From positions 65,844,001 to 65,908,000 of the forward strand of contig OX597821.1 in the NCBI GenBank assembly GCA_951406725.2: a stretch of 64,000 nt of DNA, in the 5' to 3' direction. Under the pieces are notes generated by a model that searched no databases, was not told the DNA's origin, and worked only from the letters and a program-made list of their open reading frames with translations. Numbering within the stretch: the first letter of the stretch is position 1; every line of letters starts with the position of its first letter. This DNA comes from Octopus vulgaris. Taxonomy: Eukaryota. Below are positions 26,797 through 38,206 of the stretch, piece by piece. Both the position numbers and the translations under genes were made by a program.

Positions 26797-27270
26797 AGCA
26801 TTTGATTTTTTAATGTCCTTACCCCCAAACTTTTGTGAGTTAAATTAAGCAAACGCTATATATGAGAGAGATTTTCTTTAAGTATTAGAAATAGCTTTAA
26901 AAAAGTTTTTTAGCTGCTATTTCTAATGAGTTCAGTATGCGGCGAAGTAATTTATTTTACTAAGCCCTTTTATATAATGTAATAATTTGAATTCGCCTTA
27001 AATGGTCCCTTTGCATACTGAACACTTGGTGAAATTGATTAATAATTAATTAATTTTACCCTCAATTGTTGAAATTATAATTAATCTCCCTCTAATTATT
27101 GCTTCGGATTTTACCGAAATAAGCATAGCGTTTGATGATTTTGACCCACGCTGGTGGAAAGGGGAGAACAGAAATGATTCACTTGCTTATTTGGGTTTGC
27201 TGGCACTGTTAGTTAAGAGCGGATCTTCGAAAGGGTATGTTCTTACTTTCAGTGTTTCCAAATCCAAACC

Positions 27271-27342
27271 AAGGAATTTATGAGCTGAAGAGAGAAATGT
27301 TTGTTTTGACTAATCTTGAAACGTACGTACTCAAATAACCTT
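27271..27342 (+). ncRNA. minimal type I hammerhead ribozyme, unit 2 (predicted cleavage after 27329)
   Basis: Identical to unit 1, offset 546. Confidence 0.75.
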
Positions 27343-27816
27343 AGCATTTGATTTTTTAATGTCCTTACCCCCAAACTTTTGTGAGTTAAATTAAGCAAAC
27401 GCTATATATGAGAGAGATTTTCTTTAAGTATTAGAAATAGCTTTAAAAAAGTTTTTTAGCTGCTATTTCTAATGAGTTCAGTATGCGGCGAAGTAATTTA
27501 TTTTACTAAGCCCTTTTATATAATGTAATAATTTGAATTCGCCTTAAATGGTCCCTTTGCATACTGAACACTTGGTGAAATTGATTAATAATTAATTAAT
27601 TTTACCCTCAATTGTTGAAATTATAATTAATCTCCCTCTAATTATTGCTTCGGATTTTACCGAAATAAGCATAGCGTTTGATGATTTTGACCCACGCTGG
27701 TGGAAAGGGGAGAACAGAAATGATTCACTTGCTTATTTGGGTTTGCTGGCACTGTTAGTTAAGAGCGGATCTTCGAAAGGGTATGTTCTTACTTTCAGTG
27801 TTTCCAAATCCAAACC

Positions 27817-27888
27817 AAGGAATTTATGAGCTGAAGAGAGAAATGTTTGTTTTGACTAATCTTGAAACGTACGTACTCAAATAACCTT
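27817..27888 (+). ncRNA. minimal type I hammerhead ribozyme, unit 3 (predicted cleavage after 27875)
   Basis: Identical to unit 1, offset 1092. Confidence 0.75.
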
Positions 27889-28068
27889 AGCATTTGATTT
27901 TTTAATGTCCTTACCCCCAAACTTTTGTGAGTTAAATTAAGCAAACGCTATATATGAGAGAGATTTTCTTTAAGTATTAGAAATAGCTTTAAAAAAGTTT
28001 TTTAGCTGCTATTTCTAATGAGTTCAGTATGCGGCGAAGTAATTTATTTTACTAAGCCCTTTTATATA

Positions 28069-28101
<33 letters not shown>

Positions 28102-28358
28102 TCTGTCTCTGTGCCTCACTATAACCTTTCATCATCTAACATAATGTCCTCTCTTCTCTCAAAGAGTATTTTTTTGTCTTGCAAGTACTCGGTGACCCTG
28201 TTAGTGGTTGGTGATAGTGGTTTACTGCATCCAGCAGTAAAAATCCTGCCAAAACAGTTACTGGCTTTGGTTTTGCTATCTTTTGTGTCAAACCGTCCTA
28301 CCCATGCCAGCATGGAAAGCAGATGTTAAACGATGATGATCATGATATATATATATAC

Positions 28359-28431
<73 letters not shown>

Positions 28432-28606
28432 ATGATCATCATCGTTTAACATCTGCCTTCCATACTGGCATGGGTGGGACTGTTTGACAAAAAAAAAAAA
28501 ATCTCCTTCCCAACTATATGGTTCCCAGTTCAGTCCCACTGTGTGACACTTTGCACAAGTGTTTTCTACTACATATATACATTTATGCATATATCTGTAT
28601 ACATTA

Positions 28607-28782
28607 GACCCAGGAAAACCTGAGACGAGGTGGTGAAGCACGACCTTCGAACTTTAGGTCTCACCGAGGAAATGACCAGAGACCGAGACCTTTGGAAGTA
28701 TGCTGTGCATGGGAAGACCCGGCAGGACAAGCGAGAGCATAACCCATGGCCTCTACCTGGGATGTAGCCAGCCCACTTATGC

Positions 28783-28789
<7 letters not shown>
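28607..28789 (+). pseudogene. RTE-clade LINE ORF C-terminal fragment
   Basis: Translates RPRKT*DEVVKHDLRTLGLTEEMTRDRDLWKYAV, the RTE C-terminal GRPRKTW...DL...DR..W pattern. Confidence 0.75.
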
Positions 28790-28836
<47 letters not shown>

Positions 28837-29092
28837 TTTATATATATATATATATATGTTAATGCTTATTTTTATATTTAGTTATAATAAAAACAATTTT
28901 ACATCAATCTCAGATGTTACTCTATAGTTTTGTAGTGCATGCGTTTATTCTAAAAGAAAAATATCATTGGCAGGGACTTTGAAGTTTCGGACAGGTAAGC
29001 TGTCATCAGTAATCTAATGAAGGCTTAATCTTTCAAGTCAATGTGAACAATGTTTATACATAAGCATAGTATATATATGAGGACAGCAATAC

Positions 29093-29576
29093 CTACCTAT
29101 CTATCTATCTATCTAGAGAGAGAGAGAGAAAGAGAAAGAAAGAGATGGGTAGCCAGAGAGATAGACAGACAGGCAGGTTTATAACCCATGCCAGCCTGGA
29201 AAAAGGTGCATTAAGTGATAGTGGTGGTATATTTGAATGTTAGTATCTGTATGATTATATCCATTTAAGCAAATCTCTCTCATTCTCTGTCTGTCTATCT
29301 TTCCCTCCATCTCCAGGTACAAGAAGGTAAGTATAAATGTGACCTCGTGTGTACCGTTGGCGATTTTTTTTCCTCTGTCTTCCCTTCTCTGGATCTTTCC
29401 TTCTCCTATGTTTCCGACGAAGAGCTCCACTCGAAACGTTAAACACTCCTTCTTTCCTTCTTTCCTGAGTGTCCAATAATACTATATTTGTTCCACGAAC
29501 TCGCGTTGTGTTTTTTGTGCTTTCTTGTTTGGATTTACTTTTTTTGTTCTCTACCTATCTATCTATCTATCTATCT

Positions 29577-29607
<31 letters not shown>

Positions 29608-29784
29608 AAGAGATGGGTAGCCATGGAGATAGACAGACAGGCAGATTTATAACCCATGCCAGCCTGGAAAAAGGTGCATTAAGTGATAGTGGCGGTATAT
29701 TTGAATGTTTGTATCTGTGTGATTATATCCATTTAAGCAAATCTCTCTCACTCTCTGTCTGTCTATCTTTCCCTCTGTCTCCAG
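29093..29784. repeat. about 225-bp direct duplication (29093-29316 and 29551-29784) flanking a 234-bp insert
   Basis: Both copies run ctacctatctat...gatgggtagcc...ttataacccatgccagcctgg...tctccag with scattered substitutions. Confidence 0.9.
29330..29550 (+). mobile_element. short Penelope-pLTR-like element with hammerhead-like core at 29410-29444
   Basis: gttt CCGACGA a gag ctcca ctc GAAAC GTT aaac (U4 mutated); second copy on minus at 62168-62372. Confidence 0.6.
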
Positions 29785-30020
29785 ACAGATCTGATGATGT
29801 GGATGTGTTCTACATCCAAGAAAATCTAAACAACATGGAACTGAGACAAACTACTTCTCTCTTTCATTCATTCACTTCACGCTTACATTCACGCAGTGTA
29901 TATCTTATGCACACAGAGAGAATCAATGAAATCAGCTCACAAGGATATTCGCATTTATAGAATATACACACAGCTTCAAAGATTACATCATATTATATTG
30001 AACAATGTACAACATATATC

Positions 30021-30057
<37 letters not shown>

Positions 30058-30248
30058 TATATATGCATAGCTTAAACCCATACAGGTACATTTACACTAA
30101 GACAAAAATGTATGTACATGTGTGCAATGTTGATACTGATGCACCGATGCTTACTTATAGTAACATTGTACGATCATAGCCAAGAGGATTGAACCGGTAA
30201 TAGATTTTTGAAAATTGTGTGTGAGGGCGTGTGCATATATATGGGGGG

Positions 30249-30254
<6 letters not shown>

Positions 30255-30288
<34 letters not shown>

Positions 30289-30481
30289 TATATACATATG
30301 TATGTATAGAAATGTAAACATATATATGTATGTATATATATATATATTTATGTATATAAATGTAAGTATATAAATATATGTATATATATATATATGTACA
30401 CATATATGCATACATATATGTATAAATATATGTATATATAAATATATATGTATAATTAAATATATATGTGTATATATACAC

Positions 30482-30550
<69 letters not shown>

Positions 30551-30666
30551 TATATGTATACATATTTATGTATATATATATATATGTATGCATATATATA
30601 TACACACATGCACACACACACACACATACATACATATGCATGTATATATACATAGGCATACGCATG

Positions 30667-30704
<38 letters not shown>

Positions 30705-30720
30705 CACACATATATGTATG
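30255..30720. repeat. (TA)n/(TACA)n low-complexity array
   Basis: Direct reading. Confidence 0.95.
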
Positions 30721-30948
30721 CCTATATAAATTTATCTGCATGCATAAATGTGTGTGTGTGTGTATTTTTGCATCTGTATGTATATGTGTGCATGTGTACA
30801 TACACAAACACGCACATGCACACACACACACGTACATGTAGCATACATGTATAACAGCATGTATATGCATTTCTTGTAGTGCCTGTATCATTGTCTGTGT
30901 GCGTGGCCGTATGATTATGTATGTACAACTGTGTATGTAATGACATGC

Positions 30949-30992
<44 letters not shown>

Positions 30993-31512
30993 AACACACA
31001 CAGACACACACAGACGGAACATATATTATGATATACACAATGTAATTATATAAAAATTAAGTTCTCTTATCTGCATTTCAGATGCTTCAGGTTGCTTAAT
31101 ATTTTTTGTCTTTTCTTGTGCCTTTTTATTGTCTCAAAACTTTTATTACTTTACTGATTTGCTATTAGTGAACTTAAGAACTTTTAACACTTTATTTCTT
31201 CAGATTTCTATAGCTTCCAGTTTCAGACTTACAAATATTTACCATTCAAAGGTTACTACACATTTTAGTTGCCAATATCAGATTTTAGACTAACTGGCTT
31301 TCAATTTTTTCATGCATTAAACCTTAAGAATAATCTGTCTAACACACCATTATAATAACTCTTTTACTTGATTCAGTCATTTGACTTTGGCCATGCTGGA
31401 GCACCGCCTTTATTTGAACAAATCAAAAACTTATTCTATCAGTCTCTTTTGCCGAATTGTTAAGTTACAGGGACGTAAACACACCAACACTGGTTGTCAA
31501 GCAATGGTGGGT

Positions 31513-31900
31513 GGAGATGTGGCTGTGTGGTAACAAGCTTGCTTACCAGCCACATGGTTCCGGGTTCAGTCCCACTGCATGGCACCTTGGGTAAGTGTCT
31601 TCTACTATAGCCTCGGGCCAACCAAAACTTTGTGAGTGGATTTGGTAGACAGAAACTGAAAGAAGCCCGTTGTATGTATATATATGTATGTATGTATGTG
31701 TCTGTGTTTGTCCCCCCTCATCGCTTGATAACTGATTTTGGTGTGTTTTTTTATTTCCATTACTTAGTGATTCGGCAAAAGGGATCGATTGAATAAGTAC
31801 TAGGTTTACAAAGAATAAGTCCTGGGGTTGAGCTGTTTGACTAAGGGTGGTGCACCACACATAGCTGCAGTCAAATGACTGAAACAGATAAAAGAATAAA
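31513..31900 (+). mobile_element. SINE family A, near full length
   Basis: gtggctgtgtggtaac...cagtcaaatgactgaaacagataaaagaataaa. Confidence 0.85.
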
Positions 31901-32455
31901 AGGCGATCCAACGTAGCTACACGAAGAAGATAGCCTCTATGCAGAATATAAGCTACTGGGAAAGACTCAAGAGATTAAAACTATATTCCTTGGAGCGTAG
32001 GCGGGAAAGATATACCATAACATACATCTGGAAGATCCTGGAGGGACTTGTCCCAAACTTTGGCATTGAGAGTTACACAAATGCCAGAACTGGGCGCCAC
32101 TGCGTGGTGCCTAGGACTCCAAATTTGCCATCAAGATGTAGGACAAGATACTGTGATAGCCTGGGCTTCCGAGGCCCACAGCTCTTCAATATCCTCCCGA
32201 AGAACCTAAGAGACCTGCATGGGGTGGATGCAGATGTCTTTAAAATGAAACTGGATCTCTTCCTGTCAGGTATCCCAGATGAACCAACTTCACGGCAGGA
32301 GGTGCAGATGAGGGCAGCTGCATCGAACTCTCTCATGCACCAAATGACAGTTGCTAAAAAGTTTTCGTGAAGTAAAACCATGCAGCAACACCAAATGGCG
32401 GTGCCCCAGCATGGCCACAGCTCATGAGCTGAAACTAGAATCAATCAATCAATCA
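31901..32455 (+). mobile_element. 5'-truncated CR1-group LINE: ORF2 C-terminus (open 31903-32370), 3' UTR and (AATC)n tail
   Basis: AIQRSYTKKIASMQNISYWERLKRLKLYSLERRRERY...FRGPQLFNILP...FKMKLD matches the CR1-type QRRATK..SY.ERL..L.L.SLE.RR and WN.LP...FK..LD pattern. Confidence 0.85.
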
Positions 32456-32893
32456 AAATATATATAAAATGGACTTCTTTCAGTTTCCATCTACCCAATC
32501 CACTCACAAGGCTTTGGTTGGCCCGAGGCTATAGTAGAAGACACTCGCCTGAGGCTGGATGCCTTTCCTGTCATCAGTCCTCACCAGTTTCCAACTAAGG
32601 TAATATTTCCCTGTGACCAGACATGTTTTCATGGGAGATTGAAACCAAAAGACACTGCAAGCATGACAGTGGCACTTGTTTACAACTGTCACATGATATC
32701 AAAAGAAAGCGACAGTAATGCACACACACACACAGTATGAGACTTGCTGAAGGGCCCATGCCTATATATATATATATAAAAACATATACCTATATAAACA
32801 TATACATATATATATACACACACTCATATATATATATACATATACATGTATGTATGCACAGTATGAAATTGTGAGAAATTAAAAGAGAAATGC

Positions 32894-32941
<48 letters not shown>

Positions 32942-32946
<5 letters not shown>

Positions 32947-33253
32947 CATGATCACCGTGACCGACCAGGGTATCAGATGTTGCTACACATCGCTGGTCAC
33001 AATGCACTTCACATTGTTTTAGCCTTCAAATGACGCCACCCCGCTGGCTAAGCGAGCAGGCCAACAGAAGAAAGAGTGAAAGAAAGTTGTGATGAAAGAG
33101 TACAGCAGGGATCGCCACCACCCCCTGCTGGAGCTTCGTGGAGCTTTAGGTGTTTTCGCTCAATAAACACTCACAACGATCGGTCTGGGAATCGAAACTG
33201 CGATCCTACGACCACGAGTCCGCTGCCTAACCAGTGGGCCACTGCGCCTCCAC
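32942..33253 (-). mobile_element. SINE family B, tail variant B2
   Basis: Close match to 6122-6420; flanked by (TA)n. Confidence 0.85.
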
Positions 33254-33257
33254 TATA

Positions 33258-33299
<42 letters not shown>

Positions 33300-33350
33300 C
33301 ATATATATATATACATATATATACACACACACACACATATATATAACACT

Positions 33351-33394
<44 letters not shown>

Positions 33395-33816
33395 TATATA
33401 TATATACTTATATACAGACACACACATATATTTATGCATTATATTTATGCACATGTACAAATACACATATACACAAGTATATACTACAAGCGAATCTGGA
33501 TGTACATGTGTGTAAATATGCATCTATGCATGTGTATGAGTGAGTGCATGTGCATGTAAATGTGTGCATGTGTGTGTTGGGGTAATCTAGGACTTCAAAT
33601 ATTTTCTTTCGTTTATCATCCATCTTGTTTCATTCAGGAGAAGACTGTAAAATCCAGAATATATTCAATTAGCTGCCGAAAGCATGTTTCGAGATGTATC
33701 GAGACTTTTTTTTCTATTATGCCATAATGACTTGGTACTAATAACTTTACAAAACACAGATCAATACCTAGACATATATGCTGCAGACAAACACAGTATG
33801 CCTGTATATATACAAT

Positions 33817-33819
<3 letters not shown>

Positions 33820-33908
<89 letters not shown>

Positions 33909-34050
33909 CATATATGGCCTGGACCAATCTTTGGTTGAAACATATCTACATATATATACATACATTAACTACATATATACATACATATATATGCATATAT
34001 ACATATATATACATACACATATATATATATATACATATATATACATACAT

Positions 34051-34091
<41 letters not shown>

Positions 34092-34389
34092 CATATATAT
34101 ACATATACTCATATATATACATATATATACATATATATATATACATACATATACATATATATACATACATATACATATATATATATAGATGTGTGCATGT
34201 GTGTATGCAAATGCATATGTATATGTGTATTTGTGTATAAAGGCATGAGTATATATTTGTGTATATGCATATATATTTATGAATATGCATGTATATACTT
34301 GTGTATATGTGTGTGTGAGTGCGTGTGTAAATGTATATATGTATTTCTATGTATATATATATGTATGTGTGTGTCTATATGTGCATAAA

Positions 34390-34427
<38 letters not shown>

Positions 34428-34440
34428 AATATAAATATAT
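33820..34440. repeat. (TA)n/(TACA)n/(TG)n low-complexity array
   Basis: Direct reading. Confidence 0.9.
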
Positions 34441-36415
34441 ACACACATGCATTCTTACATTTTTGTACTTAGGATTTTTCATGTCTGCTTATTAGTCCTT
34501 AATGTTTGGTTTAGTAGAATAATCTTCTTAAATCCATTAGTCTGATGTTCCAAGACTTTCACAACGTCATTTTCAAATTAAATTGCTATAATGGCAGTTA
34601 CGTGATAAATTACAGAGAATTCCATCAAAAACATGAATAACTTTGGTTGGTTTACTAATGGTAGAATCATCATCACCATCACCATCTCTATTGACGTCCC
34701 TTTTTCCATAGTGGTATAAGCTGGATGGTTCGACAAGTACCGACAAACAAAAGAACTGACCAAGGCCCAGTGTCAGTTTTAACATGGTTTCTATGGATGG
34801 ATACCCTTTCTATTACCAACCACTTTACAGAGCATACTGGGTGCTTTCTCTTGTGGCACCAGCACTGGTGAGGTAACTGAGTGCTTGCCAAACATGACAC
34901 ACTCAGTTGAGTGGGGTATAGAACTGAAGGTTGTGAATTTAATATAGGAGGATAGGAACAAGTAACCGTTCACTTTGCCCAGCTGGAAAGCAAAAGAAAG
35001 AGAGATGATGTAGGTGTACCCACAAGAGAAAAGGTAAATATGAGAAAGAAGGACCAGGATAAAGGAAGAGTGAATGTGAGTGGATAAGTGAATGCTGAAG
35101 AGTGTGAAAAGACTGTGAAAGGTGATTAGAGATGGAAATTGAGGTTTAGGCATTGAAATATCAGATGTAAATTTATACATAGGAATTAAGTATATTATGA
35201 TATTGTTAAAACTTCTATGATTTGTTATCATAAAAATGTTAAACATGTGTGGGTGTTGGTGCCATGTAAAAAGCATTATGGTGGTGGCATGTAAAAAACC
35301 ATCTAGTATACGATTGGAATACTTGGTATTACGAAGGGCATCCAAACATAGAGACCAGGCCAAAACAGACTACAGAACCTTGTGTGGCCTCTAGCCTTGC
35401 CAGAGCATGTCAAGCCACCCAACTTATGATAGCATAGAAAATTGATGTTCAATGACGATGATGATGACGATGATGATGACGATGATGATGATGATGATGA
35501 AATTCAATATTGAGGATTTTATTGATCATAAATTATTCCAAGCACTCTTTGGGAAGAAGTGGCAAAAGCTAATCCTAAGAAATGCTGAACCTCAGAAAGA
35601 AAATATAGAAAAAAAAAAGGGATTTCTACAATTGGGAAGATACTGTGTAGGGTAAGACCTGTCCAACCCATGCAAACACATGAAAATGGATGTATAATAC
35701 TGACGATAATGGCGATGATGATGTTGATGACAATGTTTGTGATGATGGTGATGATGATGATGATGATGTTGATATGATTGCAGGAAGTTATAAAAATTTG
35801 CTTAACTTACTAAAACATTAGAGTTAAGAAGAACAAGAGCAAACATGTAGATAACGAAAGTACTGCCAACACTCACCCCTAACCAAAACTAGCGCTTTTA
35901 ATGTCAAGGCAAGAACATATTTTTCTATTTTCTCTCTCTCTCTCTCTCTTTTCTCACTTTTTCTTTCTTTTCTTTTTCTTTTTGATTTTTTGATTTTTGA
36001 TTAGTTTCCAAATTGAAGCTTAATAGAAAAGAATCTGTAGAAAAGCAAGTTCACCAATTCTTTACACAGTGCCATTTAGCTTTTAATGGCAAATGCCAAA
36101 AGGAAACTTATGGCAAGAGACCAAACGAAAAATAAAAAAAAAAAGTGCGAAAGGATAGGATAAAAAAAATACACATGCACACACACACACACACACACAC
36201 ATTAACACCCTCATACATACACACACTCCCTGACATCCGCAGACACAGACAACAGAAGAAAGGCAAAAATTTCAATGTAACAATGAAAGAAGTGAACAGC
36301 ACATAGAACTTATTACATGTCGAATGTGGAAGAATTAGGAAATACTTTTCCCACCTGTTGAGTGGATAGACAATGGGAAGGTGTGATATAATCGGAGTTA
36401 CATGCACACACACAG

Positions 36416-36466
<51 letters not shown>

Positions 36467-36467
<1 letters not shown>

Positions 36468-36880
36468 GTTTAAATATTTGTTGTGCAAGATTTTTATGTG
36501 AAGTCGTGTGTTGAAACAGATATTGTTATATTTCGGAATGGTCATATTGCCAGTTTAGCCAATAAAAACACACGCACTATATATTTGGTGTTATTTTGCT
36601 TCAGTGATATTTATTTTTTACATTAATCTTAATCTTATTTCGGCCAAAGTTCTTTCGTCACACTCCTGTGACCGCATCAGTGGTCCTTTGTTTTCTTCTC
36701 ACTTACTTGTGTCTCTCCTTACTAACCGTCAGCCATTTTGATGCGGTCACAGGAGTGTGACGAAAGAACTTTGGCCGAAATAAGATTAAGATTAATGTAA
36801 AAACTGAAGCAAAATAACACCAAATATATAGTGCGTGTGTTTTTATTGGCTAAACTGGCAATATGACCATTCCGAAATAT

Positions 36881-36888
<8 letters not shown>
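36467..36888. mobile_element. fold-back element in (TA)n: inverted arms 36520-36679 and 36739-36888, each with a hammerhead-like variant
   Basis: Arms are reverse complements apart from a 10-bp indel; minus strand 36642-36686 reads ggacca CTGATGC ggtcac aggagt gtgac GAAA gaactt tggcc. Confidence 0.7.
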
Positions 36889-36930
<42 letters not shown>

Positions 36931-36973
36931 GTATATATATATATGTGTGTATATATATATGTGCATATATATA

Positions 36974-37025
<52 letters not shown>

Positions 37026-37048
37026 TACATACATGTACATTCATTCAT

Positions 37049-37221
37049 CATGTTAAACCATTAGTCCCTACACATTTATTTTTTTCCCTCTTATCCCTTT
37101 CTATTGAAAGAACATAGCTTCAAAATGCTGAAGACTTTTCTATTCTTCTGAGCATCAACCTAATACACCTGTTTGCTGTTACCTCACCTGTCTTTGTCTT
37201 TTGTTTTCCGTAAATTTGAAC

Positions 37222-37222
<1 letters not shown>
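37049..37222 (+). mobile_element. decayed copy of the 52161-52360 family
   Basis: gacttttctattcttctgagcat...taatacacctgtttg...cacctgtctttgtcttttgttttccgtaaattt. Confidence 0.5.
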
Positions 37223-37253
<31 letters not shown>

Positions 37254-37267
37254 CACATATATATATC

Positions 37268-37555
37268 TTCTTTTCTTTGTTTAAATCATTTGACTGCAGC
37301 CATGCTGGAGCACCATCTTTCAGTCGAACAAATTGAACCCAGAACTTATTCTTTGTATGCCTACTACTTACACTACCAGTCTCTTTTGCTGAACCGCTAG
37401 GTTACGGATGTAAAGGCATGAACATCAGTTATCAAGTCATAATCAGCCTGAGGCTATAGTAGAAGCTACTTATCCTAGGTGCCACACAGTGGGACTGAAC
37501 CCGGAACCATGTGATTGGTAAGCAAGCTACTTACCACACAGCCACTTCTGCACCT
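37268..37555 (-). mobile_element. SINE family A, internally deleted
   Basis: Tail and head both present. Confidence 0.75.
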
Positions 37556-37686
37556 ATATATATATATGCACACATACATACATACACATATATACACACA
37601 CACACACACACATACATATACATATATATATATACACATACATATATACATATATAAATATTCATACATATATCTATCTATCTATC

Positions 37687-37727
<41 letters not shown>

Positions 37728-38161
37728 GTGCTTGAGAAGACCTGTTGACTCAATCGAAATCATAGCTTTGGCCAGTGCCACCTGACTGGCACCCCTGCTG
37801 GTGGTACATAATAAGCACCATTTGAGCATGGGTCGATGCTAGTGCCACCTGACTGGCTCCCCGTGCCAGTGGTATGTAAAAAGCACTATGCGAACGTAGC
37901 CAGTGCCATTTGACTGGCTCCTGTTCCAGTGGCATGTAAAAGGCACCATCTGAATGTGGATGATGCCAGTGTCCCCTGACCAGCTCCCATGCCAGTGACA
38001 CATAAAAAGCACCCACCATACTCTTAGAGTGGTTAGTGTTAGGAAGGGCATCCAGCAGTGGAGCCTCAAACAGCCTCCTAGCTTGCCAGTCCTCAGTCAA
38101 ACAGTCTAACCCATGCCGGCATGGAAAGAGGACATTAAATGACGATGATGAAGATGATGAT
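37728..38161 (+). mobile_element. RTE 3' UTR fragment (family E) with four internal tandem repeats
   Basis: gtgcttgagaagacc, repeated cctgactggc..gtgccagtggca..taaaa(g)cacc, (GAT)n tail. Confidence 0.8.
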
Positions 38162-38206
38162 ACATACATATATATATATGTGTGTGTATATATATATATA
38201 TATATA

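Larger units (their letters stand above)
26359..28070 (+). mobile_element. Penelope pseudo-LTR / retrozyme-like array: 97-bp inverted cap plus about 2.96 tandem 546-bp units, in (TA)n
   Basis: ctgaaga at 26739, 27285, 27831 (period 546); array 26455-28070; 26359-26455 is the reverse complement of 26978-27074; (TA)n on both sides. Confidence 0.85.
31358..32547 (-). mobile_element. host SINE family A split by a SINE+LINE insertion
   Basis: Tail half at 31358-31512; head half resumes at about 32460-32547. Confidence 0.65.

Noticed and set aside
30151-31038. Long ORFs rich in YI/HT/CV (also 33778-34290, 54226-55084, 21560-22159)
   Set aside because: Translations of (TA)n/(CA)n tracts, which lack stop codons in several frames
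31939-32370. 143-aa ORF as a host gene
   Set aside because: It is the C-terminus of a 5'-truncated CR1-group ORF2; the ATG is internal
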